Source: Mobula hypostoma
Taxonomy: Eukaryota
Length of the DNA stretch: 64,000 nt
Assembly (NCBI RefSeq): GCF_963921235.1
Contig: NC_086109.1
Location: 6,326,001-6,390,000 of the forward strand
Direction of reading: 5' to 3'
Position 1 is the first letter of the stretch. Every line of letters begins with the position of its first letter. A program made the position numbers and the translations under genes. Shown piece after piece: positions 25,773 through 38,357 of this stretch. Under the pieces are notes generated by a model. That model was not told where the DNA came from. It saw nothing but the letters and a program-made list of their open reading frames with translations, and made no database searches.

Positions 25773-28164
25773 TAAAATATGAAAACACATCAATGCCCTT
25801 GAATGGAAGATCCTGCAAATAGTAGTGGATATGGCCCAATCTATCACAGGTAAAAACCTCCCCACCATTGAGAACATTTACATGAAGCATTATCGCAGGA
25901 AAACAGCATCCATCGCCACCCAAGTCATGCTTTCTTCCCGCTGCTGCCATCAGGAAGAAGATACAGCAACCTTAGGAATTGCAACACCAGGTTCAAGAAC
26001 AGTTATTACTCCTCAACCATCAGGCTCTTGAACCGGAAGGGATAATTTCACTTGCTCCATCACTGAACTGTTCCCACAACCTATGGACTCACTTTCACAT
26101 GGGGTTGTAAGGATGCTGGAAGGATATGGCCTTGGTGTAGGTAGGAGGATTAGTGTTTGGGTGTTTTTGATTTGCTTTTTAGCAGGTTCAGCACAACATT
26201 GTGGGTTGAGTGGCCTTTTCCCGTACTCTTCTACATTCAATGTTCTTCTCTAACATCTGTACCCAAACACCCAAGCTTCAGCTCGAGGACCTTATCATCC
26301 ACAATGGTACACTTCAGCCCTCAGAATCAACACCACATTCATTCAGTTCAGATAATTAACTTTTGTGTCAGAACTGACAAGGTAGTTTTTGTTCATCCTC
26401 TATTCACTTGCTACATACTCTTCCTTTCAGACAGATTAGCTGCTACTAATATGCCAACCCTACCCTCTCTCAACCAAGCTGCAACATCTTTTTATCATAT
26501 TCTTCACTGTGTCATAGATAATTTCCTTTATTCTCTCAACCCTTCTCACTTCACTGCAACTTGAAACAGGCCTGCTGCAAGGTTTCGTCCCAAAACATTG
26601 ACAAATCACCCTCTCCCCACAGATGCTGCTTGAACTGCTGAGTTCCTCCAGCAGATTGTTTGTTGTGCCAGATTCCAGAACCTGCGGTCACTTGTGTCTC
26701 CTCTATTAGCTTTTAAATTCTGTTGATCTGAAGCACCAGCTTGGTTCCTCTATTGATAGATGCCGATTGATATTGTATGTTGAGTATCTCCTGTGATATA
26801 TTTTTTATCTCTTTTCATCACTTTTTTTAAAACTGCATCTCAGTCATTAATCAAATTAATGGCAATGTATTCAACTACATTCAAAACAGTCTATCCAGAG
26901 AATAAGCTGAATGATAAACTGTGAACTGGGAAAGCCCATGAGTGCAAAATTAATCTTTCAAATAAGGAGTCCTGCTGATGGGTCTCGATCAGAAACATCG
27001 ACTCTTTACTCCTGCCTGGTTTGCTGAGTTTCTCCAGCACTTTGTAAGTGTCACTTTGTATTTATAATCTTTCAAACATCTAGGGCAGATGATTAAGCCA
27101 AATGGCTTCCTACTGCCTGCAATAACATACCACCATATGTCGCAAAAGCAATTTAAGAGGAAATTGATGTTCTGTCGACAGTCACTTCCTATTTATCATG
27201 AAATGAGTGATCTACTTGCTGGTACAGGAACAATGATAAAATGCAAACTCTATTATGAGCAGTTCTGAGCCCCATAACTAAGGAAGGATGTGCTGGCATT
27301 GGCTAGGGTCCAGAGGAGGTTCATGAGAATGATCCAGGAAATGAAAAGGTTGACATATGAGGAGCGTGTGATGGCTCCAGGCCTGTACTCACTGGAGTTC
27401 AGAAATAATGAGGTGGGGGGGTTGGATCTCGTTGAAACCTATCAAATATTGAAAGGCCTAGATAAAGTGGATGTGGAGAGCTTGTCACCACCATCAAGGA
27501 CACTTTCAAAAGGCCATGTTTCAAAAAGAAGGCATCCATCATGAAGGACCTCCATCACCCAGGACATACCTTCTTCTCATTATTACCATCAAGGAGGTGG
27601 TACAGGAGCCTGAAAACACACACACGTTCAGCGATTCAGGAATGGCTTCTTCCCCTCCACCATCTGATTTCTGAATGAACAATGAGTCCATGAACAGTAC
27701 CTCACTACTCTTTTTGCACTACTTCTTTAATTTTTATATATGTAGTATTTATTGTAATTTATAGTTCTTAACTATTATGTATTGTAATGCACTGCAGTTG
27801 CAAAACAACAAATTTCACGACATATGCTAGTGATATTAAACCTAATTCTGATACGGGTCTCCATTGTGGACTGAGAGTGGAAAGGGGACAGGGAGAGGGG
27901 AATCATGGTTGGGAAAATGAGAAGGGAATGGGAAGGCAGCAGAAAGCAGCAGAGAGACATTCTGTGATGGTCAATAAAACGATTGTTTGGAATCAACTGA
28001 CCTTGCCTGCCGTCTCAGGGCTGGGTGTGTCTACACCCACACCACCCACCCACCGGGGCACTCCTTCTCTGCCACCTGTCCCATGGCACTCTACTCTCAC
28101 CATTCCCAGCATCATTGCTCCCACCAGATTTACAAACTCACTCCCTGCTCCATGTTGACAGGTA

Positions 28165-28222
28165 CAGCACTATGTAGAAGTCTTAGTAAACTGTATGTGT
28201 CCAAGACTTTTGCATAGTACTG
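28165..28222. mobile_element. 58-bp Tc1-type mini-MITE (essentially TIRs only)
   Basis: cagcactatgtagaagtctt ... aagacttttgcatagtactg, flanked by TA on both sides. Confidence 0.7.
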
Positions 28223-29430
28223 TATATGGTGACATATACATACTTAGATAATAAATTTACTTTGACTGTGACCTGAAACATCTGCAATAACAGTGATCAT
28301 TTGTGACTTTAATGCATAGGGGGCAATTAAGAATCTCTTGGATAGGTACATGGATGATAGAAAAATGGATGGTTATGAAGAAGGGAAATGTCAGATTGAT
28401 CTTAGAGTAGGTTAAAAGTTTGGCACAACATTGTGGGCCGAAGGGTCTGTACTGTGTTGCAGTGTTCAATGTTCTGTATATGTTCTATATTGAATAGGTT
28501 AGCCAAATTACTATTCTCTGAATGAGGAAGTCCAAGAGTATATACAGGATGGTTCTTTGAACTAATTATTGAGGAACCAATACCAGAGAGGATGCATTAA
28601 GGTGTGAGAGGTCATTTCAAAGAAGTTGCGTGGGGCAAGCTTTCCTACACAGAGAATGGTAGGTACCTGGAATACACTGCCTGGGTTGGTGGGAGAGCCA
28701 GAAACATCAGGGACTTTAAAGAGGTCTTTAAATAAACACATGAAGGTGAGAAAAGTGGAAGGATATGGACATTATGTAGGCAGAAGAGATTAGCTTGATT
28801 ACAAATTTAAACGTTTCGGCACAACCTCACAGGCCAAAGGGACTGTTCCTGTGTTGTACTGCTCTATTTTCTGTGATCTAACCAGACATCTGGCCATACT
28901 TGACTGGGTATTGTGCAATGAGAAAGGATTCATGAGCAATCTCATGGTGCAAAGTTCTTTGAGGAGGAGTCACCACAATGGGGTGGAATTTTTTGTAAAG
29001 ATGAAAAGTGACATTGCTGATTCCGAGCCCGTAGTCCAGAATCTACATAAAGGAAACAATGCTGGAATAAAGTGAAAATGGCCAAAAGCAAAGATTTGAG
29101 GAGCACATGGATTACCTACAATGATTCCATTTCCAGACAGGTGGTAAAAATAAGGCCAGTATGCTGGCTCAACTATGGCTAACAAAGAAAATTAGCCTCT
29201 ATATCCAAACTGGCCTGAAAAGACTGCAAACAGGAGTAGTTTAGAGGACCAAGGGATTAAGTGCAGAAAAATCAAGAACATAAATCTAATTGTGAAGGCT
29301 CAGAGTCATAGAACACTGCAGCATAGAAATAGGCCCTTCAGTCTTATCTAGTCATGCCAAACTATTAATCTGCCACCTCTCATCAACCTATATATCCTTG
29401 TCCATAAAGACTATGCATAGCATCACTTAG

Positions 29431-29847
<417 letters not shown>

Positions 29848-30142
29848 AAGGAGCACGTGATTCACAAACACGAGAACATCTGCAGATGCTAGAAATCCAA
29901 AGCAACACACAAATAAAAATTTTCAGTTAAATTGATCAAATTCCCTGGTTGTAATGTTCATTTATGTGAACAAATAACTGGCAGCTGAATACTGTATTAA
30001 TGATTTAAATGAACAAACTAAATGCATTATCTCCATGTTTACAAGCAACACAAAGTTGAGTGGGACTGTGAGCTGTGCAGAGGGTACAGAAAGCCTTCAG
30101 TGTGATCTGGAGAGGTTGAGCAAATAGTCAAGTACCTCATTA

Positions 30143-31390
30143 GCAACACACACAAAATGCCAGAGCAACTCAGCAGGTCAGGTAGTATCTATAGAAAAGA
30201 GTAAACAGTCAACATTTCGGGCCAAGACCCTTCTTCAGGTTGGAGGCTACCCAGATGGAATATGAGGTGTTGCTCCTCCAGCCTGAGTGTGGCCTCATCT
30301 GGACTGACATGTTGGAATGGGAAGTAGAATTCAAATGGGCAATCCATGTCTTTCTGGAAGACAGAATGAAGGTGCTCGACGAAGTGGTCTCCCAATCTGT
30401 GTTGGGTCTCACTGATATACAGGAGGCCACACTGGGGGCACCGGATATAGTAGAGAATCCCAACAGACGCACATGTGAAGTGTTGCCTCATCTGGAAGGA
30501 CTATTTGGGGCCCTGAATACTAGTCTGGGTAGCCTCCAACCTGATGGCATGAACATCAATTTCTCAAACTTCTGGTAATTGCCCCCCCCCCCCGCTTCAC
30601 TATTCCACATTCCTATTTCCCTCTCTCACCTTATGTCCTTACCTGCCCATCACCTCCCTCTAGTGCTCCTCCACCTTCCCTTTCATCCATAGCCTTCTGT
30701 CCTCTCCAAGCAGATTCCCCCTTCTCCACTCTTATCATACTTTATCATACTTCATACTTTATTGTCGCCAAACAATTGATACTAGAATGCACAATCATCA
30801 CAGCGATATTTGATTCTGCGCTTCCCGCTCCCTGGATTACAAATCAATAATAAATAATAAAAATTTAAATTATAAATCATAAATAGAAAATAGAAAAGGG
30901 GAAATAAGGTAGTGCAAAAAAACCAAGAGGCAGATTCGGATATTTGGAGGGTATGGCCCAGATCCGGGTCAGGATCAGTTCAGCAGTCTTATCACAGTTG
31001 GAAAGAAGCTGTTCCCAAATCTGGTCATACGAGTCTTCAAGCTCCTGAACCTTCTCCCAGAGGGAAGAGGGACGAAAAGTGTGTTGGCTGGGTGGGTCGT
31101 GTCCTTGACCTTGTCCTCACTCCTTTATCTCTTTCACCAACCAACTTCCCAGCTCTTTACATCATCCTCTCTCCTGGTTTCATCTATCACCCACCACCTT
31201 GTACTTCTTCCTCCCCTCCGCCCAGCTACTTACTCTAACTTCTCCACTTCCTTTCCAATCCCAATGGAGGGAATTGGCCTGAAATGTCAACTATACTCTT
31301 TTCTACAGATGCTGCCTTGCCTGCTGAGTTCATCCAGCATTGAGTGTGTTGCTTTGGCTTTCCAGCATCTGCAGATTTTCTCATGTTTGA
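30143..31390. mobile_element. Penelope-like element: inverted GIY-YIG fragment plus forward 3' end, with a nested LINE tail at ~30735-31110
   Basis: Minus ORF FTCASVGILYYIRCPQCGLLYISETQHRLGDHFVEHL matches the Penelope GIY-YIG pattern. The terminal repeat appears in opposite orientations at the two ends. Confidence 0.88.
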
Positions 31391-32057
31391 AATATCTCAT
31401 TATTTTGTTCTCTTTTTGCACCACTTAGTTTTTATATCTCTTATTGTAAAGTATAGATTTTTATGTATCACGTTTTGCTGCAGCAACACAATAACAAATT
31501 GCACATCTGACAGTAATGATAAACCTGATTCTGAAATACATGGTAGGTGCAGTATAATGTAGATACTGCAAAGTTTCCAGTTTGGTGTCAAAAACAGGAA
31601 AAAATGTATATTTTAGTGATAGACTGGGAAAGGGGGAGGTGAAGCAAGATCTTGTGCACAGTCAGTGAAAATAGACATGCAGGTGCAGCTGGCAGTTAAG
31701 AAGGCAAATGCCATGTTCGCCTTCAAAGTAAAAGGATTTGAATACAAGCGTGGGCTGCCTTATTGCATGGGAAGAATGTTTTTGTGACGGAGCAAAAATG
31801 ACAGGACTGTCCTCTGACAAGAGATTGGGAAGATTAGGCTTTTATTCACAGGTTCAGGCCTATATTCACGAGTTCAGGCCTATACTATATTGTAACTATA
31901 TTCACAAGTTCTGCAGAATGAGAGGGATTTAATTAAAACTAAACGTTGCTGGAAAGACTGGACAGGCAAGATGCAGAAAGATGTTTCTAACCATGGGAAA
32001 CATTGATCAACCCTAAGGATATGGGGTAGACAACTTAGGAGTGAACTGAAAAAAAAT

Positions 32058-32280
32058 GCAACACACATAAAAGTTGCTGGTGAACGCAGCAGGCCAGGCA
32101 GCATCTCTAGGAAGAGGTGCAGTCGATGTTTCAGGCCGAGACCCTTCGTCAGGACCTGGCCTGAAACGTCGACTGCACCTCTTCCTAGAGATGCTGCCTG
32201 GCCTGCTGCGTTCACCAGCAACGTTTATGTGTGTTGCTTGAATTTCCAGCATCTGCAGAATTCCTGTTGTTTGCGTTTTT
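32058..32280. mobile_element. Young Penelope-derived fold-back element inserted in a CR1 3' fragment
   Basis: 80-bp arms 32058-32137 and 32158-32237 with 2 mismatches and a 20-nt spacer. aaaaaaaatgcaa is duplicated at both flanks. Confidence 0.88.
32122..32155 (-). ncRNA. Minimal hammerhead-ribozyme-like motif (Penelope type)
   Basis: Reverse strand gtc-CTGACGA-agggtctcggcct-GAAAC-ATC-gac: both catalytic-core boxes, a short stem II and a gtc/gac stem I. Activity is untested. Confidence 0.6.
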
Positions 32281-35200
32281 AAAAAAAAATGCAATCATCC
32301 AAAGATTGGTGAACCCATGGAATTCTCTACTTCCAAAGGCAATTGAGGCCAAAATCAGTATTTTCAAGAATAAATTACGTATTGAGGCTGAACATGGGGA
32401 AAAAGCAGGAAAAGGATTTGGATAATCACCACAGGTGAGAATTGAACCCAGGTCGCTGGCACTGTAAAGCTCTACACCAACATTGCCGCTAATCAAGTAC
32501 CTGGTTGAAGCACCTAATTGATATGACTTAGCCTGGAAGGGCGGGCAAAATGATTTAGTTTGTGCTAATTAAAGTTTTAATCACATGGCAGTGAAGAAAA
32601 CATATAATTGATTTCTTGGCAATGGTGTGATTGAAGCAAAAGCAGGTTTAATTTGCTTTCTCATTTACTAAAGTGTAGATGTACTTTGTGTAAATGTTAT
32701 TTATTAATTCTAGTTAATTAGTTACATTTGTTTGTTACTTTTTGACATTCTTTTACCTTGTTCAATTTTTTTTATTTCACACACAATCCACTTTTAATAG
32801 TTTTTACACGTGAAAAGGAAACATTGAAAGCTACTAACAGTTTTAACGTGCAGTTTGTATGGTGCTAGGGCTTTAATAATGTTTAAACTGCACCAGTATT
32901 GATGGGTTATCATTTTTGTACAGTGAAGTATAGCTGAGAGAATGCCTTCTCTCCTTGGAAAGTATTTTTAACATCGTAATTCTGTTTTTACTAACTTATT
33001 TTGAATTCATTTATTGAAAATGCACTTTGCTGTTGCTCTCATTTCTGTATATTTGGCAAATACAGAATGGAAAGTCCCTGTTGAAGGGTCTTTGAACTGA
33101 AACTTTATCTCTGTTTCTCCTTTCACAAATCCTGCCAGACCCGTTGCGTTTCCGGCATTTTCTGATTTTATTTCAGAACTTTGGCATCTGCAGTTTTTGA
33201 GCTTCATTTGTTCCCAGTTTCTAACCATGGTGTTTATAAATGGTTTTGACCAGAAATGGCTTGACTGTTCTTGTTTTTATTTTCAGTTCAGCATAGAAGT
33301 GTTTACTTAGTTTTCAGTTGTTCTGGAAAAATTAGGTTTTCTGATGCTTTGAAGAAAAACTTCAGTCAGCTTTTGATCTCCATAAAATTCAACTATATAA
33401 AAGAATCAATGGAACTGCAATATAGCCTTGAACTTCATTGCTAGCCCGTACAACACTTTCTCTGTAGCTGTAACACTATATTCTGTATTCTGTTACAGAT
33501 TTTCCTTTGTTCAATTCCCACCATTGGCCATAAGGAAATTGTACATTTTCCCCTTAAATAAGGTTTCCTCACACATTCCAAAGACGTACAGGTTAGTAGG
33601 TTGTTGGCTGATGAATGCAATTGGGTGACACAGACTTGTTGAGCCAGAAGGGCCTGTTTCCTTGCTGCATGTGCTGTTAACAGTCACGGGGAGAACATTC
33701 AAACTCCTTACAGACAGCTGAGGGAATGAATCTGGGTCTCTGACACAGTAATAACATCACACTCACTGCTATTCCCCTCACAGTTGTGTTCTGGATCTTC
33801 CTGATACAACATGCTGATCTACCCCAAGCAGAATACAACAGTTTCTAGCCCTTCATTTTCCCAAACTCCTCTCCCTGCCAAACACTGAACTCAAAATCTC
33901 TTGCCAGCTTGATCACGCCTTTCATTTCACCATTCACCGCACCAAACACCGTGATAGAATGCTGCTAATTGAGTTGAGTCTTGGATCTGAAACCTCCATA
34001 CCCTTTCTACAGGCCTGGTTCAATATGTAGTCAGCTTCCTGAACTTGACGATGGTTCAATTCCCACCACTGTCTGTAAGAAGTTTGTACATTCTCCCCAT
34101 GACTGCATGGGTTTCCTTCAGTTTCCTCCCACATTCCAAAGATGTACGGTTAGGGTTAGTGAGTTGTGAGCATGCTGTGTTGGTGCCAGAAGCATGGCGA
34201 CACTTGTGGATGGCCCAGCACAATCCTCACTAATTTGATTTGACACTAACAAAGTATTTCACTGCTTTGTCACTGCACGTGACAAATATTGCTAATAAAT
34301 TCAAAGTATGGAAAATTAGACCAAATATCCTGCGAACAGTCATTGCCATATCTCTCACAAGAAGAGCTGTATCACCTCAATCCTCCAAGCTCAACATCAC
34401 TCTCAATCAGCAACCTAATCCTCCAATCACACACTCCAGCCACTGATCATGTGAAGGTCCCAATCTCCACCCTCAAACTTGGCTGCTTAACTTGCCTTTA
34501 CCTCCACCCCAACAATTTCACACTACCACCTTGGCTCAATACCCATCTACCCATCTCCAGCCTCAATCTTCTGCCCACAGCTGCCATCACTGTGATCATC
34601 TAGTGCTTCCATTAAGGCTGCAATCAATTTTCTGAGCCTTAAAATGATTGATGTGAAGGAAACCTATTTTTATTCAGGTTCAAAGATAAAACTATTTTTA
34701 GTTTTGTTATTAAAATTGCATGGGCTTGCCTCAGAGATCAAGAGCTAAAGTTTCCTTTGCATCTGTACATTTCATAAGAGCTTCTCTCTCTACACTGTTC
34801 ACTTATTTTCCTCTCAAAAACATGCAACACTGCAGTTGTTTCAAGCATTAATTTACAGAGAAGGTCTGTGGAACTTGGAGTCCATTTAGTTAATTATTTT
34901 TCCTCAAATTTATTAATATTTATGGCAAGCTACCAAAGAATTAAGATTACTGTTATACAGTCACCTAGCACTCTGTATTGTAGTTTATGAAATATAGAAA
35001 AGCATGCAATGTCGAGATAACATTAGCATAAAACTGTTATACTAATGTCTGTACACAGTAAATTTTCCTAACAATTCTATCTCACTACACTAGCAGCTTC
35101 ACTCTACAGTATTTTGGAAGAACCATTTAAATATATTCTACGTAAATTCCATTCTTGTAGGTGTTAAGAGTTCTGCAGGTTTCTTAAAAAATGTGTCTCT

Positions 35201-36244
35201 GTCCTTAAAAATCCCCATTCTTATTTGCAATTCCAATTTGCATTAGATATCCAATTGGTACCTGGAGTATTTTCCTTCAATGTGAGCATCTTGCAATATG
35301 CAAAAAGAACATCACCTGCGATAAATTAAAATGCACTTTGTCCTTGTTTTTTTTTAAATCACATAATGAAATGCTGTCATTTGAACTTCATAGTTGCAAT
35401 TCCTTTTGTAGTAAATAGATAAGAATAAAATATTCTTCTATTCTGAGAACATCTGGAACATTGGAAATGGAAGAGTGCACTGTTATAAGATATCTGTGGC
35501 ACTCAAAAGAATAAAACACAAAAGCCTCTGTAACAAATTATCTGTCATTCTACACCATATATCAACTTATAGAAACAAACAATATTGTTAAAACAGCATA
35601 CATCTGAAGGTTTTAGTCTATTGTTAATTCAGACAACAATCTCCACACCACTTCACTCATCTCCAACTGTTTGATGGTATTTGATCAACTGCACCTTCCT
35701 ATTTATTTTTTTTTGGAGAGGAATCTCAAACACACAAATGGAAAATTTATTTTCCACAAATCTTATGTCTGTTACCTGTTCAGATTTAAGGAAGGCTAAT
35801 TTTTAAGCAACGACCTAGCATAATTTGACTGTTAGGGCCATTTCTCCATGAGCAAGAAAAACTGTTAATTCATTCAAAATAAATACCAATACACATATTA
35901 TTCCAAAGTTTTTTAATTTTATTAATAAACTTTTTAATGATACCAAATTAACTGCTGGGGTTAATTTCCAAAATCAATGATAATTCTGAATGAGTTATTG
36001 GAATCAGACCATTTTGATGGCCCCTTTGAAACTGACAAGATATTGTGACCTCACTTGAAGGTCAGCTTTATAATCTATCATGTTGATACTGAAAAAGTAA
36101 AAAAAAATTAAAAGTTAACTGAATTTCAAAAAAAAAACAGAATGACTGCCTGAATGAAAACCTGAAGAAAACCCAATAATTCTTGAAACCTGCTCACTGG
36201 TTGAAATCAGCTATTCCTTTACTCTTGATGGCACATTTGGCATA

Positions 36245-36760
36245 GACAAAGACTACAGAAAGTGGTGGATACTATCAAGTCCATCACAGGAAAAGCCCTC
36301 GCCACCACGGAGCACATTTACAATGAGCACTGCCACAAGAAAACAGCATCTATAATCACAGACCTCCATCATCCAGGCCATGCTCTCTTCTTGCTGCTAC
36401 CAGTGGGCACAAACCTTAGGTCCTACGCCACTAGGTTCAGGAACAGTTATTATCATGCAACCATCAGGTTCCTGAACCAACGTGGACAACTTTAATCACC
36501 ACAACACTGAACTGATTCTATGAGCTACACACTCACTTCCAAGGACTTTTTATAACTCATGTTTTCTGCATTATATCTTTTATTTGCACAGTTTGTCTTC
36601 TTTTGTATATTGGCTGTTTGTCAGTCTTTATGTATAGCTTTTCACAAATTCTATTGTATTTCTTTATTTTGTTTGTAAATTCTGCAAGAGAAAATGAATC
36701 TTAAAGCAGTGTACAGTAACATATACACAGTTTGATAATAAACTTTAATTTTGACTTGAC
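36245..36760 (+). mobile_element. Rex1/Babar-like LINE 3' end
   Basis: VDTIKSITGKALATTEHIY...HHPGHALFLLLP...RFRNSYYHATIRFLN, followed by a 3' UTR with aataaa. Confidence 0.85.
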
Positions 36761-38237
36761 AGCATCAATACATTAATCAGTTGTGGAAAGCACATGGGTT
36801 GACAAGACCAGGCTGAGGGCAATATAATGATCCATAAACAAAAATAGTCCACTGACACTGAAGATCAATTGTATAAATTCCTTGTATTGCAATAATGCTT
36901 GAATCACATTTTGTATAGATTTTATTTCCACGAACGTCAGTTACCAAGTTCAGTACTAAGGCATTGGGTAATTAGCTATAGGAGTATTTGTGCCCTAGAA
37001 TGTGGGAATTGAAATGTCATTATTTTACACAGACATTATTTATATATTTGTTTTAAGTTCTTAATGCTGCCAAGCATTATATTCCTGTGTCTGACTCTTC
37101 AGCATCATTTACACACTAATCTTCTGCCCTAGATACTCACATACACCACATGAACAATAATCCGGGAGGATAAGAATGATATTATTCTACAGAGTGAGAT
37201 TTACTTTTCCCATAGCAACAATTGTATAATGGGAAAACCCACAGAAAGCAAACTGTTAAATTACAAAAAAGAATTGTACGCTATTACTCATAAATGTTAA
37301 TATGGCAATCTCTATTTTAGTATTATATCTGAGTTTACAGTAAGGCGGGAAGGTGTTCTAAATCCACACCATGCTGTTGATCTTGTATTATTGAGTAAAC
37401 CTATTATTGACAGCACCGTTATTTTTATATTTTCTTTAGATGAAATATAAAATAAATTAGCATTGCTGTGGTTTGCTGATGTTTAACATCTTCCTTCATA
37501 ATCCAGCGACTTTTTTTTAATAACTCTAAAATGCCATTATCAATGGAGCAAGCTAAAGATTGGATTTTGCTGAAGTTTTGCATTCATCTAAAAATAATAA
37601 AATTATAATTAACAGTTAATGCTGATTTTTAAATTACTAAGTATGCAAACAGAAATCCATTAAAAGCTAAATCGTTTCAACCAGTTCAACTTATTTTTGT
37701 TAATAGGTTTGGGGAGCCGTGGAAGTAATGAACATTTTAATCGAAAATTTTAAGTCTTCAAATAAAGATTTTAATGAGGACAAAGCACTATAAATGCATC
37801 AGTTTTAAAATAAAAAATGTACATTTCATCTTGCCTGAGAAAATTGTCTTGCATCACTGTTTGCTCCAATGAGAAATCTATTTTAACTTCTTCTCACTGG
37901 TGTGATTAAAACACGACAAATGATATGAAAGACTAGCTGGGATACAGATTCTTGCACTATAAACAGGCTAAAAGAGTGCTTCAGTTTGAATTTCACAAAA
38001 TGTTGACAATTCCTCACACAAAGTACTGCAATATCAAATATCAATTAAAGCAGATTCATTTCTTTGCACTTCCTGAAAGTGCAAACTGACAAATATTACT
38101 TTTCTTTCTGTATCAGCAGCAATTTTACATAGCAAATAAAATTATTTGTTTTAAAACATTTAAATACAAGCAGTAGATGACTTGCTGATTTCGTAGTTAA
38201 TACAGCATGCCATTCAATTGAATATATAAAAGGTTAC

Positions 38238-38357
38238 CTTTTCTAAAAACTTGTTCTGGGGTTTCCTGAAGAAAGAGGTCTTGGCAGTAAAGAAACAATC
38301 TTCTAAGTCTTCATCTAAGCTGCAATATCCACTGCTCATACTTGTATTCCACGTCAT
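38238..38357 (-). CDS. RASSF5: RASSF5 short-isoform (RAPL/NORE1B/RASSF5C) first coding exon, 40 codons
   Basis: Hand translation gives MTWNTSMSSGYCSLDEDLEDCFFTAKTSFFRKPQNKFLEK, versus human MTVDSSMSSGYCSLDEELEDCFFTAKTTFFRNAQSKHLSK. GTAACC donor from 38237, phase 0 and in frame with the 4603 exon. In-frame TGA TGA lies upstream of the ATG. Confidence 0.95.
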
